Source of the DNA: Minisyncoccia bacterium
GTDB lineage: Bacteria; Patescibacteriota; Minisyncoccia; Phycocordibacterales; UBA918
Reading direction: 5' to 3'
Assembly: GCA_041742075.1 (NCBI GenBank)
Contig: JBGSJJ010000005.1
Location: forward strand, 97,481 to 161,480
Length of the DNA stretch: 64,000 bases
Position 1 is the first letter of the stretch. Each line of letters opens with the position of its first letter. Shown piece after piece: positions 56,983-64,000 of the stretch. A model generated the notes under the pieces. The model was not told the origin of the DNA. It saw only the letters and a list, made by a program, of their open reading frames with translations, and did no database searches. A program made the translations under genes and the position numbers.

Positions 56983-57807
56983 ATGGATAAGGTTCAGGAA
57001 TTAGAAAAAAAAGTACTAGAGTTACAAAGCATCATCACTGTAATGGACAAGTCCGCCATGATGATAGTTCGTCGTGACATAGAACTTCGTCACGCGAACG
57101 CTAAGCTAAACGAACTAGATAAAAGTAAGTCGGAGTTCGTCTCGATTGCTGCTCACCAAATGCGTACACCGCTCTCTGCTATAAAGTGGTCACAGCAGAT
57201 GCTTTTTAACGAAGAGCTCGGACCTCTCAATTCTGATCAAAAAAAGATTATTACGCAAACAATGGAAAGTGTAAATGGACTGGTGGTGTTAGTAAACAAC
57301 CTCCTTACCGCTGACCATCTAGAGCTTGGTAAAGGCACAAACGTAGTAAAGCGAATAAACATTATCTTGCTTATTAATGACGTCATTAAAACCCTTTTTC
57401 CTATCGCTTCAGAGCGGGGTGTCACGATTAACTTTTCTCACCAGCAAGGTGAGGTAGCACTCGATACGAATCCAGAGCGAATGAAAGACGTTTTTGCCAA
57501 CTTACTTGATAATGCCATCAAGTACACCCCAGCCGGCGGGACGATTACGATTACACTCTGGATTACCGAAGTGATAAACATCACCGTTTCAGACACCGGG
57601 ATTGGTATTCCAAATGATTATCTCCCAAAATTATTTGGACGGTTCGTCCGAGCTGATAATGCCAAGCGAGCGGATCCAAACGGATCTGGTTTGGGCTTAT
57701 ACATAGTTAAAAAGATTATTCAGGCAAACAGTGGTACAATTTCTGTAAGCAGTACTGCCGGTAGCGGTACGACATTTACAGTAACGCTACCGCTTGCTGT
57801 ACATTAA
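56983..57807 (+). CDS. Cytoplasmic histidine kinase: coiled coil, HisKA and HATPase_c domains, no transmembrane helix.
   Basis: AAHQMRTPLSAIKWS (H-box). DNAIKYTPAGG, DTGIGIP, GSGLGLYIVKKI. Confidence 0.8.
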   Translation: MDKVQELEKKVLELQSIITVMDKSAMMIVRRDIELRHANAKLNELDKSKSEFVSIAAHQMRTPLSAIKWSQQMLFNEELGPLNSDQKKIITQTMESVNGLVVLVNNLLTADHLELGKGTNVVKRINIILLINDVIKTLFPIASERGVTINFSHQQGEVALDTNPERMKDVFANLLDNAIKYTPAGGTITITLWITEVINITVSDTGIGIPNDYLPKLFGRFVRADNAKRADPNGSGLGLYIVKKIIQANSGTISVSSTAGSGTTFTVTLPLAVH

Positions 57808-58660
57808 TAAGCAAAATATGGCCGATAGACTACTAGAGGGCAAGACGATTTTAATTGTTGAAGACAATACATTTTTATCTAACGTAATATCTCAGAAACT
57901 CTCTTTACGTGGCGCGCGAGCACTTACCTACACTAACGGACTAGAAGGCCTCGCTGCTATTCGGGTAGAAAAGCCTGACCTTGTACTCCTTGATATCCTC
58001 ATGCCGATAATGAATGGCTACGAGGTACTCCAAGTTTTAAATAATGAAGGCCTTACAGCAGACATTCCAATTATAGTTATCTCAAACTCTGGTCAACCGG
58101 TAGAAATTGAACGAATCAAGGCCTTAGGTGTTCGCGAGTATCTCATCAAGGCTGACTTTGAACCGGACGATGTTTTGCAAAAGGTGTACGAAACACTTGG
58201 TCTCAAAGAAGCTTCAAGTGGTTATGAAATGTCACCGGAATCAAATGCGAGTGTCGCCCAAAGTACAGCCGAAGCAGAATCGTCAGCGTTACCCCGTGTT
58301 CTTGTCGTCGAAGACGATCCACTTCTGCGCAATCTACTAGCGATGAAGTTGTCTAATTCTAATTGCCCAGCCATGTTCAGTAACGATGGCCTCCACGTGA
58401 TGGAACTAGTCGCTAGTTTTAACCCGGAAGTAATAGTGCTCGACCTTCGTTTACCTGGTAAGGACGGCTTTGAGATTCTGAAGGACTTAAAATCAAACGA
58501 TGAGTTCAAACACATTCCAGTCGTAATCTTTTCAAACAACAGTAGTGAGGAAGACCAAAAGCGTACGACTGACCTAGGTGCTGCAGCCTTTTTCGTAAAA
58601 GCGATGACAGACCTCACAGAATTTATACAAGAGCTTGTGAAAATTGCTCAAAAAAAATAA
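57794..58660 (+). CDS. Response regulator with two tandem receiver domains and no output domain.
   Basis: REC1 KTILIVEDN...DLVLLDILMPIMNGYEVL. REC2 PRVLVVEDDPLL...EVIVLDLRLPGKDGFEIL. Confidence 0.8.
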   Translation: MLYINKQNMADRLLEGKTILIVEDNTFLSNVISQKLSLRGARALTYTNGLEGLAAIRVEKPDLVLLDILMPIMNGYEVLQVLNNEGLTADIPIIVISNSGQPVEIERIKALGVREYLIKADFEPDDVLQKVYETLGLKEASSGYEMSPESNASVAQSTAEAESSALPRVLVVEDDPLLRNLLAMKLSNSNCPAMFSNDGLHVMELVASFNPEVIVLDLRLPGKDGFEILKDLKSNDEFKHIPVVIFSNNSSEEDQKRTTDLGAAAFFVKAMTDLTEFIQELVKIAQKK

Positions 58661-58682
58661 GCTACGCAAGAGAGGAGGGCTA

Positions 58683-58691
58683 TGCTATACT
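58683..58691 (+). promoter_or_regulatory. Extended -10 element TGCTATACT upstream of uvrA. A GGAGG Shine-Dalgarno sequence lies at 58716-58720 and the ATG at 58735.
   Basis: Exact recurrent 9-mer. Confidence 0.45.
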
Positions 58692-58734
58692 CTAAGCCTA
58701 ACCTTCGGCTCCATCCGGAGGCAATCTGCTATAT

Positions 58735-61371
58735 ATGCCACAAAAACCAACGAAAACAACCTGGAATGGCTCTGTCGAGCAAAAGATTGTCGTTAAAGGT
58801 GCTCGTACCCACAACCTGAAAAACATCAGTGTTGAGATGCCTCGCAACGCCATGATAGCGATTACCGGACCATCTGGTTCTGGTAAGTCTTCGCTTGCGT
58901 TTGATACTATTTTTGCTGAAGGTCAACGTCGCTACGTTGAGTCACTCTCACCGTACGCGAGACAATTCTTGAGACAAATGCAGAAGCCTGATGTGGATGA
59001 AATTAGTGGTCTCTCACCAGCAATCTCGATTGACCAAAAGTCAGCTTCAAGAAACCCACGGTCGACCGTGGCTACGATTACTGAAATCTATGACTATCTG
59101 CGTATTTTGTATGCTCGCGTGGGCAGACCATACTGTATGGACGTCGACGTGGCGATTGAAAAGCTTTCGCAAGACGAAATTTTAAGCATTGTCCTTAAGT
59201 CAATCGAAGAACGTGAAGTCGAAAACGCCACCAAGGCCGAGAAGCGCGACAAGGTACTCGGTATTGAGATTTCTCACGGTCGAGTAGCTATTTTTGCTCC
59301 GATCATTGTCGGTCGTAAGGGTGAGTACTACCAGCTACTTTATGACTTGCTCGCGAAAGGGTACGAGACGGTAAAAATTGATGGTCAAATCAAGCAGTTG
59401 CGTGAAAAAATTATTCTCTCCAAGAATAGTCGCCACGATATTGACGTACTCATAGACGACATTTTTGTGAGTGAGTTCACAACTGACAAAAAAGGTTCCC
59501 ATGAACGACTCTCAGAAGCCGTTGAACGGGCGCTTCATGAAAGTAATGGTCTGGTTAAAATCGAGAGTCCTGACGGCAGTGAACGTACTCTCTCAGCGAA
59601 GTTTATCTGTCCAATTGACGGCTCTTCCTTCCCAGAAGTAGAACCACGGTTATTTTCATTTAACTCACCTTATGGGGCCTGTCCGGAGTGTAACGGTCTT
59701 GGTGTCGTCGGTATATTTCAAAGTGACGTCTGTCCCGTTTGCGATGGTGCCCGCCTCCGCAAAGAAGCACTTCGTGTATTTATTGGTGGCGACGGCAAGA
59801 AGAAGCTTGGTTTCAACATTGTAGACTTCACCAACATGACAGTGGCTGAAGCAGTGGAGTTTATTTCTAACCTCAAGTTATCGAAAAAAGAGCAAGAAAT
59901 CGCCTGGCCGGCTCTTAGGGAGATTATCGATAGACTCTCGTTTATGCAGAACGTCGGGATTGAGTACCTCACCCTTAACCGTCGGGCCAATACACTCTCA
60001 GGAGGAGAAGCCCAGCGTATTAGACTGGCTTCCCAGCTCGGTAGTGGCCTGGTGGGCGCCCTCTATGTACTTGATGAGCCGACGATTGGTCTGCATCAAA
60101 GGGATAACGACAAGCTGATTAAAACTCTGACTGAACTGCGTGACCTTGGCAACACCATTATTGTGGTAGAGCACGATGAAGACACTATTTTCGCTGCTGA
60201 CTATTTGGTTGATATCGGGCCTGGAGCCGGTATTCATGGTGGGGAAGTGGTTGTCGCTGACTATCTCAAAAAACTTCTTGAGGCACCAAAAAATACGAGC
60301 AAGTCAATCACACTTGATTACCTGCGTGGCGATAAAAGAATTGAAGTTCCAGATAGGCGGGAAAGTGAGAAAGGTTCTATCAAGATTCGAGGTGGCAAAG
60401 CGTTCAACATCAAGAACCTCAATGTCGACATTCCACTTGGTCGACTGATTTGTGTTACTGGCGTCTCAGGCTCAGGTAAGTCGACCTTCATGTACGAGAT
60501 AGTAGATAAGAACCTAAAGTCTCGCCTTGAAAAAAAGTACCGCACTCCGCATACCTATAACTGCAAAACCTTTACCGGTAGCGAGTATCTGGGCCGGTCA
60601 GTCCTCATAGACCAGTCACCAATTGGTCGCACGCCACGCAGTAACCCAGTGACGTATACTGGTGCCTTTACCCACATGCGTGACATGTTTGCTGCTTCAA
60701 ACGAAGCAAAAGCCCGTGGTTGGAAGCCAGGACGCTTCAGTTTCAACGTAAAAGGAGGACGCTGTGAGGCGTGCGAAGGTAACGGCATGATTGCAGTTGA
60801 GATGCACTTCTTACCGACGGTCTATGTAACGTGCGACATTTGTGACGGTAAGCGGTTTACCAAAGAAACACTTGAGGTGTACTACAAAGGAAAAAACATT
60901 TACGAGGTACTCGAAATGACCATTGAAGAGGCAGTTGAGTTCTACAAAGAAGTGCCGTCTATCTATGAGCGTATCGCGACACTACAAGAAGTTGGTTTAG
61001 GCTACTTAAAGCTTGGTCAAAGTGCCACCACGCTCTCTGGCGGAGAAGCTCAGCGCGTGAAGATAGCTTCTGAACTCTATAAGCCCCATACCCAGAAAAC
61101 TATTTACTTGCTCGATGAGCCAACCATTGGACTTCACTACGAGGATGTCCGAAAGCTGATTGAGATCCTCCAAGAACTGGTAAACCGTGGTAACACCGTG
61201 ATGGTAATTGAACACAATCTCGACTTAGTGAAGTGCGCTGACTACATCATCGACATTGGTCCCGAAGGAGGGAGTGGTGGAGGGGAGATAGTTGCTAAAG
61301 GTACGCCTGAAGAGATTGTAGAGAATAAAAATTCTCATACCGGAAAGTATCTCAAAAAGCACTTGCGCTAG
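58735..61371 (+). CDS. uvrA: Excinuclease ABC subunit A. At 878 aa it is a short form.
   Basis: Two ABC modules: GPSGSGKSSLAFDT and GVSGSGKSTFMYE as Walker A, LSGGEAQRIRLA and LSGGEAQRVKIA as signature motifs, and Zn-finger Cys clusters CPECNGLG and CEACEGNG. Confidence 0.95.
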   Translation: MPQKPTKTTWNGSVEQKIVVKGARTHNLKNISVEMPRNAMIAITGPSGSGKSSLAFDTIFAEGQRRYVESLSPYARQFLRQMQKPDVDEISGLSPAISIDQKSASRNPRSTVATITEIYDYLRILYARVGRPYCMDVDVAIEKLSQDEILSIVLKSIEEREVENATKAEKRDKVLGIEISHGRVAIFAPIIVGRKGEYYQLLYDLLAKGYETVKIDGQIKQLREKIILSKNSRHDIDVLIDDIFVSEFTTDKKGSHERLSEAVERALHESNGLVKIESPDGSERTLSAKFICPIDGSSFPEVEPRLFSFNSPYGACPECNGLGVVGIFQSDVCPVCDGARLRKEALRVFIGGDGKKKLGFNIVDFTNMTVAEAVEFISNLKLSKKEQEIAWPALREIIDRLSFMQNVGIEYLTLNRRANTLSGGEAQRIRLASQLGSGLVGALYVLDEPTIGLHQRDNDKLIKTLTELRDLGNTIIVVEHDEDTIFAADYLVDIGPGAGIHGGEVVVADYLKKLLEAPKNTSKSITLDYLRGDKRIEVPDRRESEKGSIKIRGGKAFNIKNLNVDIPLGRLICVTGVSGSGKSTFMYEIVDKNLKSRLEKKYRTPHTYNCKTFTGSEYLGRSVLIDQSPIGRTPRSNPVTYTGAFTHMRDMFAASNEAKARGWKPGRFSFNVKGGRCEACEGNGMIAVEMHFLPTVYVTCDICDGKRFTKETLEVYYKGKNIYEVLEMTIEEAVEFYKEVPSIYERIATLQEVGLGYLKLGQSATTLSGGEAQRVKIASELYKPHTQKTIYLLDEPTIGLHYEDVRKLIEILQELVNRGNTVMVIEHNLDLVKCADYIIDIGPEGGSGGGEIVAKGTPEEIVENKNSHTGKYLKKHLR

Positions 61372-61400
61372 CCTAGACATGGCTGTGTCTTTGGCACACA

Positions 61401-61409
61401 TGCTATAAT
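61401..61409 (+). promoter_or_regulatory. Extended -10 element TGCTATAAT, with a GAAGGA Shine-Dalgarno sequence at 61435-61440 upstream of the ATG at 61448.
   Basis: Canonical spacing: -10, about 30 nt, Shine-Dalgarno, 7 nt, ATG. Confidence 0.5.
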
Positions 61410-61447
61410 TATTTTTTAGAGAAGTACCAAACAGAGAAGGATTGAAA

Positions 61448-61765
61448 ATGAATGTTGCTCACCTCTTGGTGCAAGAATTCTATGATAGTTTGCCGTTTGA
61501 ATGCCGGCTTGTCCTAGAGCTCAGTCAAGCACTCAACGTTCCCGATAACTATGTTGCAGTCTATTTTGCAGCGTTCAGGTGGTACTACGTACCCTTGAGC
61601 CGTGAACGTCGTGCCTATGCGAAGCGGGTACTCAAGTCTGCACTCAAAAAGTACAAGACTGCACTTCAGCACCCGGATTGGCTGATAAGGGTCTACGAAC
61701 TCAAGTGTATTGGTAAACCGAGCACAAACGAATCAATCCCACCTCCTCCAGACCCTGCTTATTAA
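61448..61765 (+). CDS. Small hypothetical protein between uvrA and the uvrC-like gene.
   Basis: An ORF with a good Shine-Dalgarno sequence. The ORF track starts at the TTG at 61442; the ATG at 61448 is preferred. No recognisable motif. Confidence 0.45.
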   Translation: MNVAHLLVQEFYDSLPFECRLVLELSQALNVPDNYVAVYFAAFRWYYVPLSRERRAYAKRVLKSALKKYKTALQHPDWLIRVYELKCIGKPSTNESIPPPPDPAY

Positions 61766-61820
61766 AGCAAGTAAGTCGCCCCTCGGGGCGACTTCATCAT
61801 TGTGGTATAGTGCATTTTAA

Positions 61821-63065
61821 ATGACTAAAGAATTCCTCCTAAAAAAGAAATTGCCAGACTCACCCGGGGTGTACTTCTTTTTGGGTGCGCGAAAGCAGAT
61901 TCTCTATATTGGTAAAGCGACCTCGCTCCGCAATCGTGTCCGAAGCTACTTTGCGTCAGATATCCGCGAGAAACGTTCAGAACTCATAGAAAACATGATT
62001 GTAGAGGCTAAAACCCTTGAAGTGGCGGTGACTGACAGTGTCCTTGAAGCGCTTATTCTCGAGACCAACCTTATCCGTACCCACAAGCCTAAGTACAACA
62101 CCCGCAGTAAAGACGATAAAAGCTACAACCACTTGGTTATCACAAATGAAGAGTACCCGCGCGTACTCGTCGTGCGTGGCAAAGACATGACGGAAAAATT
62201 CGCTGACAGTGAGATTATGTATCACTTTGGTCCGTTCCCAAGTGGCACACTCTTTCGTGAAGCTCTCAAAATAGTCCGTCGACTCTTTCAGTTTTATGAC
62301 ACGAAAGAACCAATTGGCACTGAGAAAACTCAAATTGCCCGGGGTCGTATCGACTTCAACCGCCAAATCGGCCTGTTCCCAAGTGAACAAAACAAACAGG
62401 AATACATGCGAACCATTAGGCACATCCGACTGTTCTTTGAAGGGAAGAAGCACGAGGTCATTAAAGACCTAAAAAAGGAAATGATGAAGTCTGCCAAAGC
62501 TGAACACTTCGAGGAAGCCAACGTCTATAAACGCAGAATCTTTGCGCTTGAGCACATCCAGGACATTGCTCTTATAAAAGATGACGTGCGTCAGTATCGT
62601 GACGAGTCAAATGTGCGGATTGAATCCTATGACATCGCTCACTTGGCTGGAGAAAATATGGTCGGGGTCATGACGGTCGTCGAGGGTGGGGAAGCGATGA
62701 AGAATGAGTACCGAAAGTTTAAGATAAACACGGTTACTGGATCAAACGACACCAAAGCCTTGAAAGAAGTGCTGGAACGGCGTTTTGCTCACACGGAGTG
62801 GCCTTTCCCCCAACTGGTGGTAGTAGACGGCAGTACGGCCCAGAAAAACACTGCTGAACTCGTGCTCCGAAAGCTCGGTTTTGTCATACCGGTAGTGGCA
62901 GTCGTGAAAGATGACCGGCATAAACCGATTCGCTTGCTCGCTTCAACCAGCGTAAAAAAGCAGTTTCAGAACGATATTTTGCTTGCAAACGCTGAGTCGC
63001 ACCGCTTCGCTATCACCTACCACAAGAAGAAGCGCACTGACGCCTTCCTTCCGAAGGGAGCGTGA
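61821..63065 (+). CDS. uvrC: UvrC-like excinuclease subunit lacking the C-terminal (HhH)2 domain. At 414 aa it comprises GIY-YIG, UVR and RNase H-like endonuclease domains.
   Basis: GIY-YIG: PGVYFFLGARKQILYIGKATSLRNRVRSYF. UVR motif HFEEANVYKRRIFALEHIQ. Endonuclease region IESYDIAHLAGENMVGVMTVVEGGEAMKNEYRKFKI. Confidence 0.75.
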   Translation: MTKEFLLKKKLPDSPGVYFFLGARKQILYIGKATSLRNRVRSYFASDIREKRSELIENMIVEAKTLEVAVTDSVLEALILETNLIRTHKPKYNTRSKDDKSYNHLVITNEEYPRVLVVRGKDMTEKFADSEIMYHFGPFPSGTLFREALKIVRRLFQFYDTKEPIGTEKTQIARGRIDFNRQIGLFPSEQNKQEYMRTIRHIRLFFEGKKHEVIKDLKKEMMKSAKAEHFEEANVYKRRIFALEHIQDIALIKDDVRQYRDESNVRIESYDIAHLAGENMVGVMTVVEGGEAMKNEYRKFKINTVTGSNDTKALKEVLERRFAHTEWPFPQLVVVDGSTAQKNTAELVLRKLGFVIPVVAVVKDDRHKPIRLLASTSVKKQFQNDILLANAESHRFAITYHKKKRTDAFLPKGA

Positions 63066-63078
63066 TATACTTACCGGC

Positions 63079-64000
63079 ATGAGAAGGAAACACATCGCTG
63101 TGCTTCGTGGTGGTCCAAGTGACGAGTACGAGGTATCTATGAAAACCGGTGCCGGTGTCTTAGGCGCGCTTCGTGAGTCTGACTACGTTACCCACGATGT
63201 AGTAATCACCAAAGCCGGAGAATGGCTGATTGGTGGCCGTGTACGTACGCCCGAGCAGGCCTTAAGCGCCATTGACGGCGTGTTTATCGCCCTTCATGGT
63301 GCGTATGGGGAGGACGGTACTGTGCAACGACTCCTTGATAGACACAGTATTCCGTATACCGGGAGTGGGGCATACGCCTCAGGCATTGCTATGAACAAAG
63401 CTTTGACCAAAGGTCACGTGAAAGACCTTGGGCTTAAACTTGCTCCACACATGCAGTTGACTCGAGACAGTATGCCGAACGTCACAAAAACAGCTGAGAA
63501 CATCGCCGATCTGTTTGGTCCAACCTACGTGGTAAAACCACTGAAGGGAGGGTCGTCTATTGGTACACAAATTGCTGTCGGTACTACGCAGTTAGCCGAA
63601 GCCCTCGAGCGTTCCTTTGCTGTGTATGATGAAGTCATTGTTGAAAAACTTATTGAAGGCAAAGAGGCTACGATAGGTGTAGTGGAGGGATTCCGCGGTG
63701 AAGAACTCTATTGTCTTCCAGTAATTGAAATTGTGCCACCCGCCAGCTCCAACTTCTTCTCTGTAGAAGCCAAGTATAACGGCACAACGCAAGAAATCTG
63801 CCCCGCTCGCTTTTCCCACGACCAAAAACAAGCTATTGCTCGGGTAGGAGCTAACGTCCATAAAGCACTTGGCCTCAGGCACTATTCGCGCACCGACGTC
63901 ATCCTTTCCGGTGACGATGTCTACTTCCTCGAAGTGAACACACTACCCGGTCTCACGACTGAATCACTGATTCCAAATGCCCTTAAAGCGGTCGGTTGCT
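63079..64000 (+). CDS. ddl: D-alanine--D-alanine ligase, 3'-partial because it runs off the window edge.
   Basis: KHIAVLRGGPSDEYEVSMKTG, FIALHGAYGEDGTVQRLLD..IPYTGSG, ATP-grasp region VVKPLKGGSSIG, and C-terminal EVNTLPGLT. Confidence 0.85.
   Translation, partial: MRRKHIAVLRGGPSDEYEVSMKTGAGVLGALRESDYVTHDVVITKAGEWLIGGRVRTPEQALSAIDGVFIALHGAYGEDGTVQRLLDRHSIPYTGSGAYASGIAMNKALTKGHVKDLGLKLAPHMQLTRDSMPNVTKTAENIADLFGPTYVVKPLKGGSSIGTQIAVGTTQLAEALERSFAVYDEVIVEKLIEGKEATIGVVEGFRGEELYCLPVIEIVPPASSNFFSVEAKYNGTTQEICPARFSHDQKQAIARVGANVHKALGLRHYSRTDVILSGDDVYFLEVNTLPGLTTESLIPNALKAVGC

Noticed and set aside
1-64000. tRNA, rRNA or tmRNA genes.
   Set aside because: I scanned the intergenic regions for a T-loop GGTTCGAATCC or GTTCAAATC-type motif and for cloverleaf-sized gaps. 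None was found, and all gaps except 23362-24008 and 43762-44151 are under 100 bp.

Overview
Every supported gene in this 64 kb window is on the + strand (about 45 CDS); I found no rRNA, tRNA, CRISPR array or transposase. The gene content suggests a reduced-genome bacterium, possibly from the candidate phyla radiation: a short UvrA, a truncated UvrC and few Shine-Dalgarno sites. The window has two halves.

1. Positions 1-40 kb are an almost unbroken run of secreted or membrane-anchored proteins.
   - Two giant repeat proteins: one of more than 4919 aa that runs off the 5' edge, and one of 2060 aa.
   - An FtsE/FtsX-like ABC transporter pair.
   - A three-member family of two-domain proteins held in the membrane by a C-terminal helix.
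   - An apparent cohesin-/dockerin-like module set: three cohesin-like proteins and two proteins ending in type-I dockerin repeats. This sits around a terminator-flanked gene that may encode a major surface protein.

2. Positions 40-64 kb hold housekeeping genes.
   - Gene order: DsbA-like, a Cys-less TlpA-like protein, CcdA, glutamate dehydrogenase, an AI-2E transporter, CapA, FKBP, Tgt, UvrB, UvrA, a UvrC-like protein, and Ddl running off the 3' edge.
   - A two-component/FIST signalling island with no recognisable output domain is inserted between uvrB and uvrA.

The exact 9-mer TGCTATACT, an extended -10 promoter element, occurs four times, each time a few to about 45 bp upstream of a start codon. 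This suggests leaderless or short-leader transcripts. All domain calls are from motif recognition by eye; no database search was possible.
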